64,000 nucleotides of DNA, from the NCBI GenBank assembly GCA_964016885.1, contig OZ024755.1, forward strand, positions 36,952,001-37,016,000. Direction: 5' to 3'. Made by a program: the position numbers and the translations under genes. The stretch comes from Eledone cirrhosa (Eukaryota). The notes below the pieces were generated by a model, which saw only the letters and a program-made list of their open reading frames with translations, did not search any database and was not told the origin of the DNA. Position 1 is the first letter of the stretch, and each line of letters starts with the position of its first letter. Below are positions 25,270 to 40,441 of this stretch, in pieces.

Positions 25270-26047
25270 ATGTCAGATCTTGAGTTTATGGCCGATTTCA
25301 ATTTAATGATCTCAGCCGCTTCGGCCAGGCATAATCTGCAGTGGTTTTTGTCGTTGTGGAGATGTGCCACACGTCTTTTAACTGACCACTTGATCTGGTA
25401 TTCCAAGTTCTTGTCTTTGAGGTTCCAGATCAAATCCGCCAGTCTTGTTTGGGATCGTTTGGGCCTGTGTTTGAAGGAGCTTTTGTGGTTATACCAGCGC
25501 TCATTAAACGTAGTCGAGGTCGCCCCTCTTTTTGGCCCGCTGTGACATCGCACCAGTAAACAATGTTTTTAACGTGGCACTCCCCATTTAGTGGGCATTC
25601 CACCCGCCTTTTGCAGTTGCAGTTGGGGGTTATGGGTTTGTTGCTACATTGTCGGTTGTACGTATTATGTGTGGAGCTGGCATGTAGGTTGTTGTGTTGT
25701 GTTGTGTGTATTGTTTCGTTCTGGGTTGTGCTAGTGGTTGGTTGTGGTGCTCTCATGTGTTTGCGTATTTTTGTCCTATTTGTGTGTGCTATTGTGTCGC
25801 CTAGATTTGGTGTTGTGGAGAAGGAGAATTTGACAGTGTGTCTATTAAAGAGATTGTGGTATTTATGTGTGGGTGGGAAGGATTGGTCAAGAGCTCTGAA
25901 GAAGGTTCCCGGTATATTGGTGGCAACGTGTATAGAGTAAGGGGCATTGTACCATGTCACGGGTCTACTTCGAGCATTACGGTGTTTAGTGTGGTTGTTG
26001 TGGTTTAGTGGTTGCGTGGGTGTGTTTTGGTCAGGCGTATTTGTCAT
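25270..26047 (-). pseudogene. Penelope-like element C-terminal remnant (linker plus GIY-YIG endonuclease), frameshifted
   Basis: TWYNAPYS..VATNI...FPPTHKYHNLFNRHTVKFSFS; CNCKRRVECPLNGECHVKNIVY; GATSTTFNERWYNHKSSFKH...LADLIWNLK...IKWSV...CRLCLAE. The 3' end is interrupted by a SINE fragment at 25152-25262. Confidence 0.85.
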
Positions 26048-26459
26048 AGGGGTTCCTGCTATTCTATTGTCGTTAAGTCTCGGGTATAAGCTTTAGCTAG
26101 AAGTGGCCACAAAAACAAATTAGTATACATACCTTTCACCAATAATATTTCAAACATACAACCTAATATTATCAACAAACACCAAATGAAAGACCCACAC
26201 CTAAATGCCACTCACACTACACCTAAAAACACCAACCTAAAACTTAATTTCTCTACCTCTTCTCACATAAAATATAATGACTTTCAAAAAACTATTTATC
26301 CTAATACTCCAACATATGTTAACAACATTACTAACAAAATTCCTAGTAATCAGACTAAAACACCTAAATCAGTTAATCTAACTAAACCTATATATAATAA
26401 AATCACTAATAGTAATTCTCTTAGTAAACCTCCTGATACATCGTATAAATATAAGAAAC

Positions 26460-26670
26460 AATATCGAAACCGTAATAGATGAGTTACTTGGTATAATGCT
26501 CCATTTAATCTACAAATTAAGGACAATATCCCTAAAAAATTCTTTGCTATCCTAGAGAAAATCTTCACACCAAACCATAAATACCATCAAATTTTAAATA
26601 GATCTACAGTCAAATTCTCCTACTCTACTACCAAACATATACAACAGAATATAAGTGCGTACAACGCATA
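26460..26670 (+). pseudogene. Second, diverged PLE fragment of the same lineage, divergently oriented
   Basis: RNRNR*VTWYNAPFNLQIKDNIPKKFFAILEKIFTPNHKYHQILNRSTVKFSYSTTKHIQQNISAYN. Confidence 0.75.
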
Positions 26671-27164
26671 TACATGTAAAAAAAAACATAAATATACTAT
26701 CAACACATCAAACCAGCCATAATAATACTAAAATAAACCATAACAAACCACCGTCTAAAATAAAGTACCAGTAATCTACTGAAAATTGCTGGCCATGTGC
26801 CAATAGTAGAAACAATTATTTAATAACATCAAATTTTCGTGTACCCTTCACTATATTCTTGGCCTGACCTCTTTTCATCCCCAAAGTATTCTTTTCATTC
26901 AAAGCATTAGTCTGCACTCCTCTACCCCTAGATTTAATCTCTATTACTCTCATTCTATCAACTTGACCTCTAACTCCTTTTCTATTGGTCAATTCATAAC
27001 CTGTTCCCAAACAGACTCTTTATATTAATTCTTTGTTTTTTTTCAATAAACACATCTCATCATTTCTTAGGACGGCATGTATATGTGAAGGTATGTATAT
27101 TTCCTCTGATAATTTGTAATATTTTTACATAGATCTATATGATATACATACCAACACACATATA

Positions 27165-27495
<331 letters not shown>

Positions 27496-27541
27496 AGTAA
27501 GAATATTTTCGAAACAGCGAGTTGGTTTGAAATTATTAGAA

Positions 27542-27743
27542 ATGTAAGATATCGCCGTATTTTGACTAAAGAAATCAAAGACATTATTTAGCCTGATAGT
27601 GGGGTTAAGAACCATCGGAGAAATGGAAAAAGATGAGTATTGACGGTACGTCAATACCTATCTTTTTCTATTTCCCCGAGGGTTCTTAACCCCACTATCA
27701 GGCTAAATAATTTCTTTAGTCAAAATACGTCGATAGCTTACAT
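27542..27743. repeat. About 200-bp imperfect palindrome between (TA)n tracts
   Basis: Arms such as ttatttagcctgatagtggggttaagaacc / ggttcttaaccccactatcaggctaaataa, centred near 27647. Confidence 0.9.
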
Positions 27744-27744
27744 G

Positions 27745-27808
<64 letters not shown>

Positions 27809-27839
27809 CCATTTTTGTAGACCTCACTGATATATATAT

Positions 27840-27879
<40 letters not shown>

Positions 27880-28950
27880 AATAAAAAGATAGATGGGAAA
27901 GTTTCAGAAATTGCTTTCTTCTTTTATTATCCATGGCTAAATATAGCTGAACCCTACTTAATTTATTAACTCATAAATTGATTTTGATTCTGTTTTTGTA
28001 ACGGACCAATTTATTTTCAATGTTAATCGACCAACGTACACAATCAGAAGGATCTTTTATCTCAAATGACTGCTTTTCAAATATCCTCTAAAATGGCTTT
28101 GTTAAATGTTCTTCCTATTTACATGATTCTATTTGCGTCTGTACAAGTTGTTTAGTTATAAATATTCTACTAATCCCATTGTGTCGGCCAGCCACAATCA
28201 CGTACAAAATCCATGACAATCAAGACCAATCTACTTTCTTTATGACAATAAATACCACCACAAGCAAGTATTTCATTTTTTTTTTCTATTCTGGCCGAGT
28301 TTACACTCGCAAATAAAAAGAAACAGGGTCGCCCCTAGGCGCATTGGATTTGGTGTACTTCATATTTGTTTCGGTTGCAGAATACAATCAGGGGTCACTG
28401 CTTCTCCTGAAGGTCAATAGTTCTCTTCTAACTCGAGCGGGAGCGCCTTTCCCTTGTCAATTTGCATTGATCATCTACAAAGCCACATTGTTCTCAGAAC
28501 CACTACACCAGTCTTTTGATGTGTGCAGCTGGAACCACTGCAGGATTTTTTTTTTTTTAGACAGCCATTGACTCTTATGAGTTCTTCCGCCTTTTGTCAG
28601 GTTTTGCGTTTGGTCCTGCAGGGTGTCCAAAATCACCCCCCTCACCAAATAAACTTGGTTGGATTGCAGGTTTAGTCGGTTGCATAGTCGGCTCGTCGGC
28701 AAGTATTTAAAACACTGTACTATACAGGAAACTAACTCCAGGTTTTCGAGTCCATATATTATCTGTTTCGCAGCCGAATATTCAAATGTTTATATTCAAA
28801 TGCCACATCAACATTGGGATGTGTCTGCGGCCAAAAAACAATGAGACTTTTTTTATATGATCTGTCAGTCTGTTGGAAATAAACATCATGAAATGAAAGC
28901 GGGTCCTCTTAAAGGGACGTAATATTTGAACAATGCAACCCTGGATATGA

Positions 28951-29117
28951 GGCGGCCAATCGACAGAGTCGGTAAGACGTCGGATTGAATGCTTTACATA
29001 CAGTATACGCCCCCCCCCCCATCGCGCGCTCTGAGTTCCAACCCAGCAGGGATCAACTTTGCCTTTTATCCTGTCGGGGTCGACAAAAAAGTACCTGTCT
29101 AGTACTGGAGTCGATTC
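28951..29117 (+). mobile_element. Diverged tRNA-SINE subfamily
   Basis: ggcggccaatcgacagagtcgg...ctgagttcc...ggggtcgac...gtacc; a similar copy lies at 30462-30622. Confidence 0.7.
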
Positions 29118-29525
29118 TTCCTATATAGAAATATTCTGTTGTGTTCAGACCTGGAAAGGGTTGGGCTCCACCAGGTTTAAAAGTGCCCTAGACACGCCGT
29201 ATGACGGTGCCTCTACGACTCCACAAGCAGGTGTAGGATCTTTACCCTTTTATCCTTTATGATATATATAAAAATAGAGATTGTTCCTGGTCACATGTCT
29301 GATAAATCACCATTAGAACACGTCATAGGTCACATGTCTGATACATTGTGACTGGTCACATGTCTGACACATCGCTATTAGAACACGTCACAGGTCACAT
29401 GTCTGACACATCAGGGTTGACGTGGCACTACTCAGCCATTAGAACTTACCAAGTGTCTAAGAAACAATAATGTTTAAATGTAATACTGATGACAATTAAA
29501 ACTAATACAGTTTATTATTGGGGTT

Positions 29526-30085
29526 AATAATTGTTTCTATTTTAGGCAAAGTTAACCTCGGCAGGATTTGAACTCAAAATGGCAAGGGCCGTAACTCTAT
29601 GCGTCAAAGCATAGCGTCCGACCCTCTACCGATACTGCCAATCCACCGCCAATTGGGGTTAATAATTGTTTCTACTTTTGGTACAAGGCCAGCAATTACC
29701 CAGTTCATTACTGGTACTTTATTTTATCGACCCCGTAAGGATGAAAGGCAAAGTAAACCTCGGCGGGATTTGAACTCAGACCGCAAAGGGACGTAACTGT
29801 GCTGGAAAGCATGGCGTCCGACCCTCTACCGATACTGCCAATCCACGGCCCCTTGGGGTTAATAATGGCGGTGGATTGGTAGTATCGCTAGAGAGTCGGT
29901 CACCATGCTTTGCAGCATAGAGTTTCGGTCTTTTATGGTCTGAGTTCGAATCCCGCCGAGGTTAACTTTGCCTTTCATCCTTACGTGGTCGATAAAATAA
30001 AGTACCAGTAACGTAATGGAGTCGATTTAATCGACTTTCCCCTCCCCCCAAATTACTGGCTTTGTGCCGATATAAGAAATCATTA
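29526..30085. mobile_element. SINE cluster: two minus copies and one plus copy head-to-head
   Basis: 29526-29650 (-), 29661-29851 (-), 29867-30085 (+). Confidence 0.85.
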
Positions 30086-30735
30086 TTGGAGTTAATTTAG
30101 TTGTTCATACATGGATCGATTATAATGATATTCAGAGCAAAATGTCATGTTTAACAAGACGAAGAGAGATTAAGTGAAACACTGCAGGACATATTGTCTG
30201 GTTCCGTATGATATGTGACAAGACTGCCTCCGAGAATATGTTCCCTGAAAATAGTTTTCGTTAGCTGACCTGACACAGTAGATGTCGCTGCAAAGTTATA
30301 TCAGTATATCAACTCAAATATTTTGACAGGATGTTATGGCCAAGAGCTCCTGAACTTGTAATTTAACTGTATATACCTATAAAAGGAATGAGACTCTCTC
30401 ACGATATTGGGGGAAGAAAACCAGATTTAGTAGAATTAGTAGTAGTTTATCTTCTATTATGTGGCGAATTGGCAGAGTCGTTAGAACGTCGGGTAGAATT
30501 CTTTATGGTATTTGTTCCGGCTCTCTTCTCTCTGAGTTCAAATCCAGACTAGGTCAACTTTGTCTTTCATCCTATCGAGGTCGATAAAAAAAATAGTACC
30601 TGTCTAGTACTGGGGTCGATTCTTCCTTTATATCTCTTTCTCCTTTCCTCTCTCTCACTTTCTATCTTTCTTTAGAAGACATCTGCTCTACTCAGACCTG
30701 GAGAGGGATGGAGAAATGCTCCAATTATTTCAAAT

Positions 30736-31202
30736 GGCGTGGCGTGACGTGATGTGAAGTGAAGTGATGTGGTGTGGCTGACGTGGCTGGTGTGAGAGTA
30801 GCGCGACGTGGCGTTGCGTGGGGGTAGCGTTGTGTGGCGTGAAGTGAAATGACGTGACGTGGGATGCAGAGATTTGAAAAATGAATTGACATGAAGTGAA
30901 GTGACATGAATGAGACGTGACGTGAAAGTGACGCGAATGTGAAGTGACGTGAATGTGACGTCACGTGAATGTGACGTCACGTTAATGTGACGTCACGTGA
31001 ATGTAACGCCACGTAAAAGTGACGTGAATGTGACGTCACGCGAATGTGACGCCATCACGTTAATGTGACATCACGTGAATGTAACGCCACGTAAAAGTGA
31101 CGTGAATGTAAAGTGACGTGAATGTGACGTCACGTGAATGTAATGCCATCACGTGAATGTGACGTCACGTGAATGTAACGCCACGTAAATGTGACGTGAT
31201 GT
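30736..31202. repeat. CpG-rich imperfect tandem array (TGACGTCACGTGAATG-like), flanked by 33-bp direct repeats
   Basis: Direct repeats GAGGGATGGAGAAAT(G/A)CTCCAATTATTTCAAAT at 30703-30735 and 31203-31235. Confidence 0.85.
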
Positions 31203-31539
31203 GAGGGATGGAGAAATACTCCAATTATTTCAAATATATTTGTATTTGTTTTAAAATCTTGTCAATTTTTTTTTCCAGAAAGTTTGGAGGTTCATTTTAG
31301 CTGTGAATATTTCTCTCCGATTCATAAATGTTTTGAATCGTTCAAGGATGTGCAACGTGATGTCAAGACTAGTGTCATTTCATTTCATATTCCATAATGC
31401 AGGGGATCATATCTTTATAATCCTCTTTACTCTATGGCTTATCATGACATAGCTGTTTATTGAAACTACTCTCGGCTCACAACAGTTGATACCAGAAACT
31501 TTATCTCTCTCTCTTCATATATATATATATATATGTATG

Positions 31540-31575
<36 letters not shown>

Positions 31576-31583
31576 TATGTGTA

Positions 31584-31634
<51 letters not shown>

Positions 31635-31682
31635 GTATGTATATATATATATATGTATATATATGTATATGTATATATGTAT

Positions 31683-31714
<32 letters not shown>

Positions 31715-31732
31715 GTATATGTATATATGTAT

Positions 31733-31828
<96 letters not shown>

Positions 31829-31861
31829 GTATATATGTATATACATATACATATATATATG

Positions 31862-32561
<700 letters not shown>

Positions 32562-32654
32562 TATATATACACATATATATATACATACATATATATATAT
32601 ATATATAAACATACACATGCACACACACAAACACACATATATGTATATATATAC

Positions 32655-32713
<59 letters not shown>

Positions 32714-32718
<5 letters not shown>

Positions 32719-32962
32719 TAATATGTATGTGATGAAACACAGATACCAACACATCTGTATATATATTGTGAAAGAAAAATTTAGCCAGATTGAAGTATAC
32801 TAATTATTATACTACAGTTCGTCTCCGTTGATTTATTATTTTAAATCGATATGGACAAACTGTAGTATAATAATTAGTATACTTCAATCTGGCTAAATTT
32901 TTCTTTCACAATATATATACAGATGTGTTGGTATGTGTGTTTCATCACATACATATTAATTT
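32714..32962. repeat. Fold-back with about 105-bp near-perfect inverted arms
   Basis: 32714-32819 versus 32858-32962, with a self-complementary spacer; in (TA)n context. Confidence 0.92.
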
Positions 32963-33056
32963 ATACACTGCTCAGGGGATATATTTTTCCTCATTCGAGC
33001 TGATTCCATTGTAAAAGAATTCATTACCTTATTAATTTTATTAATTTTATTAATTT

Positions 33057-33092
<36 letters not shown>

Positions 33093-33162
33093 TTACGGGA
33101 TAACAAGTTATCGTTATAGGCAATATATATATATACGTATATATATAAATATATATATACAT

Positions 33163-33194
<32 letters not shown>

Positions 33195-33199
33195 TATAT

Positions 33200-33494
33200 A
33201 CAATATGTTGAAAAGCTAACACACTAGAGAGAGAGATACAGTGCGCCATCTATAAAACAGGTAAAAACCCCCAGTGTATAGAATCTATAAACTATGAAAG
33301 ACAGAGTAGACACGATAATTAAAAATATAAATTAAAGTGTAAATAAATTTATTTACACTTTAATTTATATTTTTATTTATCGTGTCTACTCTGTCTTTCA
33401 TAGGTTATAGATTCCATACACTGGTGGTTTTTACCTGTTTTATAGATGGCGCACTGTATCTCTCTCTAGTGTGTTAGCTTTTCAACATATTGTA
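33200..33494. repeat. About 295-bp spacerless palindrome
   Basis: Centre aaataaa|tttattt at 33347/33348; arms highly similar; unique sequence continues to (TA)n at 33578. Confidence 0.92.
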
Positions 33495-33573
33495 TTTTAA
33501 AGCTCAGGATTTCCTCTCCTTTGAACACATTATTTACAGGGAATGGCGAGAGTCTATGGCTCCGTTAATGTAT

Positions 33574-33629
<56 letters not shown>

Positions 33630-33632
<3 letters not shown>

Positions 33633-33770
33633 TCAAGAAATAGCCGTCGAAACGGCTTGAGCTCTGCCGTCGGGGTCATACATTTTCCTATTACCTACTC
33701 TACTCCCCTAAGTATTGAGTACTCTGGTGCGTTATGGTCCATCTGGTTCCTTACCACAACTCCTTTGTTA
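33630..33770 (+). mobile_element. PLE-type terminus (family B) with partial hammerhead
   Basis: GAAA CGGC-ttGAGCTCt-GCCG TC (stem III plus GUC) at about 33649-33671; no CUGANGA, consistent with truncation. Confidence 0.55.
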
Positions 33771-33835
33771 TATATATATTAGAATTGATGCTCTGAAATA
33801 GCGATATATATATGAATGTATATACAGTGTATTTT

Positions 33836-34345
33836 GCAATACACTGTATGCTTAATTAAAAGGATTTTGAAGACCTTAGGCTATTGTTTTAAAGTAGTGA
33901 CTATGTCACCTACTTCTTTTTACATCAAACAAAGGGAGATAAACTGACAGACCTCTGTTTCATACTGTTGGTATTACTCAGAGCTTAGCACTCCCCTTGT
34001 CTGTTGAAAATTATTAAAAGCATTTTGAAGACCTTACGCTATTGTTTTAAAGTAGTGACTACGTCACTTATTTCTTTTTTCAACAAACAAAGGGAGATAA
34101 GCTGACAGATCTCTGTTCCATTCTGTTGGTATTCCTCAGAGCTTAGCACTCCCCTTGTCTGTTGAAAATTATGAATGTTGGATCCTTATAGAATTCCAGT
34201 AATAATCAGGAACTGATTATACAGAGCGGTGGCTGGTCAAGCAAAACTTTGTTGAAGAAAGAAGTAAGTGACATATTCACTACTTTAAAACAATAGCGTA
34301 AGGTCTTCAAAATGCTTTTAATTAAGCATAAAGTGTATTACCAAA
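33836..34345. repeat. About 160-bp tandem duplication plus inverted copy of the left end
   Basis: tttgaagacctta.gctattgttttaaagtagtgac at about 33866 and 34024; reverse complement at 34261-34340. Confidence 0.85.
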
Positions 34346-34952
34346 TATACACAAAGTATAACAATATCGGTTTCAACACACGTTTTCAGATAAAGAATCT
34401 TGCTAAACAAATTCAGAAACGAAACATATATATATCTAGAGATAGATATATATACATACACACACACATACACACATATATATAACGGCAACCTTCTTTG
34501 ACATCTTATATTTCTAAGCTTATTTTCTTCTTTGTACAACGGAAAAGAATAGAAGGAGATAAATTCCTTGTAAGAATTACTATAAATATCAATCAGCTTG
34601 AAAATGAAAGCTGAATCTAGCGCAGTTTTATACAAACGAAGAACGTTCTTATCGAAATAGAGCAATACTCTCACAAGGTAACATACCCCTGAATATTCCA
34701 CCCTCGAAAATTCAACCTCATAAAACTTCTTTCTACAAACATATCATGCTATTAGAACTAAACGACTGTTTGCACGAAATATGAATGAAATATTTGCGGG
34801 ATTTTAATGGATTTAAAATTTTTGCTTGTATTTTCACGTCATGGAAACTACTTTTGAGGATTGAAATCTTCGCTGGAAGGCAGTTATATGGAGCAAAATT
34901 TTCGAGGGAGGAATGTTCAAGATAAATGTTTCATGGAAACCTCCGGAGAGAT

Positions 34953-35580
34953 CTTCTTCTTCTTCTTCTTCTTCTTCTTCTTCTTCTTTGCCCACTTATT
35001 CCTGAGAGGGACGTGTGGTCCTCAAACACTCATTCAAGCGGGTCTTGTCAGAAGCAACCGTCTCAAGTGATCACCAGGCATGACTCCCAGCGGGTCCTGT
35101 CAGAAGTAACCGTCTCAAGTGATCACCAGGCATGACTCCCAGCCGCTCCTGTCAGAAGCAACCGTCTCAAGTGATCACCAGGCATGACTCCCAGCGGGTC
35201 CTGTCAGAAGCAACCGTCTCAAGTGATCACCAGGCATGACTCCCAGCGGGTCCTGTCAGAAGCAACCGTCTCAAGTGATCACCAGGCATGACTCCCAGCG
35301 GGTCCTGTCAGAAGCAACCGTCTCAAGTGATCACCAGGCATGACTCCCAGCGGGTCCTGTCAGAAGCAACCGTCTCAAGTGATCACCAGGCATGACCCCA
35401 GTGGGTCCTGTCAGAAGCAACCATTTCCAACTGATGCGGCTGGATCCCCAAGCGAGGCCAGCCACGCTTGGGGATGTTACCCAACCACTTCTGTCAGAAA
35501 AATCCTGTTGCGTGACGGAAACTGACGAAAAGAAGTCCGTTACCCCCCAATGTGGAGAATAAAAAGACTGAAAGTAAGAA
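34953..35580 (-). mobile_element. RTE-derived element with 52-bp VNTR (7 units)
   Basis: Same structure and flanks as 13098-13920; array at 35036-35398. Confidence 0.85.
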
Positions 35581-35706
35581 GGGGAGAGAACCACAGCGAG
35601 AGAGACAAAGAAAGATTTGCAATTGAACCCCCACCAAGTAGGTAATAAAGTTCCCCAGCCTAATGTCGGGTATTTGTGAAATACAATATATGTGCTTGAC
35701 TCTATA

Positions 35707-35912
35707 TCTTCTTATTTCTGGAAGGGTCGTGGGGGCAGAGTCCTTAAACACTCCTTCAAGCGGTTCCTGTCAGAAGCAACCGTTTCCAAGTAATCCAGCT
35801 GGATCCCCACGTGTGACCAGCCAAGCTCATGTATGTTATCCAACCATCTTGCTCGGGGTCTATCCATGGGTCTCCTACCGGTTGGCATTGCCCGTAAAAT
35901 CTGCCCAGTAAT
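35707..35912 (-). mobile_element. RTE 3' end without the VNTR
   Basis: Reverse complement matches 10225-10410 (RGRP..RWLDN...VASDR region). Confidence 0.75.
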
Positions 35913-36323
35913 GATAGAGGATTAAAGTCATCAACCCCCCCACCTTGTATTTTAATTGGTTTAACTGAGATATTCTCTGAAGCTAATCATTCTGATCAAT
36001 TTCTATATAGATGAAAAGAAACAAAAGAATTATTATCGATTAATCTATATATATAAAACTGATGTTGTCTGTGTGTGTGTGTCCTCATTTTTGCAAAGTC
36101 TATACAAATCTACATTTCTACTCCGATTGACTTCAAACTTGCATTTATATATTCCTTGCGGTCTAAAGATATTAACTGCAGCTTTTATTTTTCAATTTTC
36201 TGTTGTTAAGGGGCCGGTTATCCATCTCCGTCGAGCCCTTATAATATCTGTCTGTATATCTGGCTGTCTGCATAACGACATTCTGACGAATACGTCATTG
36301 CTGACGTATTATCTTCGCTACTT

Positions 36324-37005
<682 letters not shown>

Positions 37006-37117
37006 TATATACATATATACACACATATATACACATATACCTATATATATATATCTATATATATATACAAAAGTTTAAGCAAAGAGTCGGTGCTTATTAC
37101 ATAATTATATATATATC

Positions 37118-37362
37118 AGCCTGTAGGTTGAGGAAAAGGAGGAGGAGAGGAAAGGAGTACAAACTCTTCGTACTCCTGGAGATGAGGGTTGCACATTTTT
37201 TCGTGGGTATGTGTTACCCATATAAACTGTCTCCCCCTATTGGGGAAAATCGACTAACTTTTTAAATTGCATTTGTGATAACATTTTACACGTTTTTATT
37301 GTATGTAAACTTCCCCCTTTGTATTTGTCCCCTTCTTTTGTGCCCCTGTGTCTAATAAAGAA
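37118..37362 (+). mobile_element. L1/Tx1-like 3' UTR fragment
   Basis: Homologous to the reverse complement of 1645-1880; ends ctaataaagaaa. Confidence 0.5.
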
Positions 37363-37367
37363 ACATA

Positions 37368-37554
37368 TCTATATATAATCTGAGGATGTGTGTGTGTGAA
37401 TGTCCGTACCCACATAACCTCTACAGTTTGCAACCGATTTTCTTCCAACTTGGAACAAAGGTTGTGTTCCCAGGAGTGTTTTGGACTCATAAAAGTTTCA
37501 AGTTTTTGTTAATGCGGTCCCTAGATAAATATTGGTTGGCTTGTTGCACGAAAA

Positions 37555-37595
<41 letters not shown>

Positions 37596-37726
37596 TGTAT
37601 ATCTAAAGAGAGAAAGGGAGATGTAGAGAGAGAGAGAGAGAGTGAGATAGGTCGTTATACAGAGAGAGGTACAAGATATTCAGATAGAGAGAGAGCGAGA
37701 ATGACGACGAACGCTGGTTCACACAA

Positions 37727-37776
<50 letters not shown>

Positions 37777-38106
37777 AGATAGATAGATAGAGAGAGAGAG
37801 GGAGAGATATCTGCGCGTTCTTTATTGTTCTCCATTCTGTAGAGGAAGAGAGAGGGGGTATGAGTGAGAGAGAGAGAGAGAGAGAGGGTATGAGAAAAAA
37901 GGGAGAGAGGGGTTGAGAAAGAAAGAAAGAGAGTGAGGAACTTTAACTTTTATTTATTTATCTATTCTTTACACACTGTTCAACTCTCCCCTTTCCTCAA
38001 TCTAACGTCTCTTTCTCTCTTTCACACAAGACGTACTGTGACTGTGTGTTATATATATTTATGTCCGCACACACACACACACACACACGCACACACACAC
38101 AAAGAC

Positions 38107-38182
<76 letters not shown>

Positions 38183-38402
38183 ATTATCTCTACTTTTGGC
38201 ACAAGGCCAGCAATTACCCAGTGCATTACTGGTACTTTATTTTATCGACCCCGTAAGGATGAAAGGCAAGACTAAAATCCAAAGAGGGCTCGATAAGGAT
38301 AAATATAAATCGCTGCTTTCACCCTTAACGGGATCTTCTGAGTTTCAGAAGATCCCGTTAAGGGTGAAAGCACCGATTCTTTGTTTAAACTTTAATCTGT
38401 TA

Positions 38403-38484
<82 letters not shown>

Positions 38485-39413
38485 ATAAGAACAGATTAAA
38501 ATTTAAGCAAAGAATCGCTGCTTTCAACATTAACTGGATCTTCTGAAACTAAAAAAATTCAATCTGTGAACGCAGAAGTAAATATTCCGAGAAACGTTGC
38601 AGCCGAAGGAAAACAGGAAGACGATATTTTGGTTCGTGAAGACATTCCCTGGTAATGAACGGAAAAACGGCGAGGATAATACGTCGTTATGTGGACCGAG
38701 AAGAACAATTTCATGCAAAGAAAAGACCCAGTTTATGGTATAAATGGAGTCGTTAGACAAATGTTCTATTTAAAATAACCGAATGATTTCCAGCCCCGGA
38801 GTTTAAGAATGATGTAAATAAAATTTAAAACGAAAATGACAGAGGTTATTAAAATAGTAAGAGTAAATAGTGAAGATTTAGGCCAGTACATACGTATGTA
38901 CCGACAGACATACACATACATATACATACGCACACACAAATACATACACACACACAAACACACACACGCGCGTGTGTGTGTGTAAACCTTATGCATTTCT
39001 ACAGTATTTTCACCAAACTTAAGACATAGGTTACTTATGTACTCCGGAAGGTCATGGGCACTTTCATTTTTCCAGATATTGATTGTAGGGCCTCCCGGCA
39101 GATAACCCCCTTTAACCACTTCCTTGGAGTCGACGGAAGCACTGCAGTGCAATACAACAAAACGTCATAACTTCTGGAGTTCGCAACCGATTTTCACAAA
39201 AGTTGACACATTGGCTGCGTTTGTTCTACAGATTAATGTGAACGCTCAGAATTGGCACATATTGAGTAGGGGACCCCTGGGGGCAGGACCCCCTTTTGGA
39301 AAAAGCCGATGATTTTGTAAAAGTATAGTTTTCGAAGCAGCACTGAAGTATTGACATACATGGTATACATAACTGCTATTTAATACTCGAGCAGCGCCGG
39401 GTACCTCTGCTAG
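37368..39413 (+). mobile_element. Helitron-like non-autonomous sequence (possibly two elements) with nested insertions
   Basis: 5' A|TCTATATATAA plus (TG)n; 3' hairpin tactcgagcagcgccgggta then CTAG|T at 39410-39414. Similar 5' ends at about 36044 and 48132; a similar 3' end at about 20740-20768. Confidence 0.45.
38308..38550. repeat. 34-bp-arm hairpin, (TA)n, then an inverted copy
   Basis: gctttcacccttaacgggatcttctga-gtt-tcagaagatcccgttaagggtgaaagc; 38480-38550 is the reverse complement of 38341-38409. Confidence 0.85.
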
Positions 39414-39556
39414 TTTTCTATAAAGAGATATATATGTTCAAATATATTCCGCACAACATTTGTGACTGCACGTGTATGTGGGGATGTGGATGCTCAGGTA
39501 AATTCTATAAGTTGATAATAAGGTATTCAGATATTTAAAACTTTAATCTGCAGGTG

Positions 39557-39631
<75 letters not shown>

Positions 39632-39794
39632 CGTGTGTGCGTGTGTATGTGTGTGTGTCTGTGTGTGTGTGTGTGTCTGTGTGTGTGTGTGTGTTTGTCA
39701 ATATCCAGATCAGCGAAATGCAGAGAATGAAACATATGTAGATCAAATAAATAATATTGAACCTTGGTTATCTATTTCTTGCGTATATATATAC

Positions 39795-40024
39795 GCCACT
39801 GATGATGTCTCAGATGTGTGACCAAAGAACTTTCATAGACTATATATATATATTTTTATTTTTAACCTTTGGTCAATCAATGATAAACATTGATTACCAG
39901 ATAAATTAACTATCGAGATATAAAAGATGCAGAAGCGAAAACCAACCGAAACCAAACACCGAGTGAGTTCTATTATCATTTCTGGCAATATTATAACAAT
40001 ATGACCCTCCTCAAGTATAACAAT

Positions 40025-40030
<6 letters not shown>
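39795..40030 (+). mobile_element. Solo terminal repeat of the 42727-44042 PLE family (family J) with hammerhead-like motif
   Basis: CTGATGA T GTCTCA-gatg-TGTGAC CAAA GAAC TT, then ...atgaccctcctcaagtataacaat(TA)n; homologues at 34355-34425, 56690-56850 and 60358-60720. Confidence 0.65.
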
Positions 40031-40110
<80 letters not shown>

Positions 40111-40359
40111 GAGAGGTATAGAGATTGTTTTAGCAAGAAGCTAACGGCATTCTATAACATATATGCGACTATAACGTCAAGATGGGAAAGGTAGTTAACG
40201 AAAGATTTAGGAAAAATAACTCAAACTCATCTCAAAAGAGAATCAGGATATAAATTCATCCACAGAATTTAGTAAAATCCAGGGAAAATCTATAGACCTT
40301 TAACTCATGATAAAATAAAGTTTGAAACACTTATCCTTCAATTTGGAATAACATCAAAT

Positions 40360-40441
40360 GCTCTGTATAGTCTTAAAAGACTATTTCATGAAAACTTTCA
40401 GTGGAGATGGTCACGGTTGGAATTTCAATCATCAGCAGAGC
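40360..40441 (-). ncRNA. Type I hammerhead ribozyme with full stem III
   Basis: Minus strand: GCTCTG CTGATGA TTGAAA...TTTCAT GAAA TAGTCT-ttta-AGACTA TA CAGAGC; 6-bp stem I, 6-bp stem III, AUA triplet; about 250 nt upstream of (TA)n. Confidence 0.85.
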
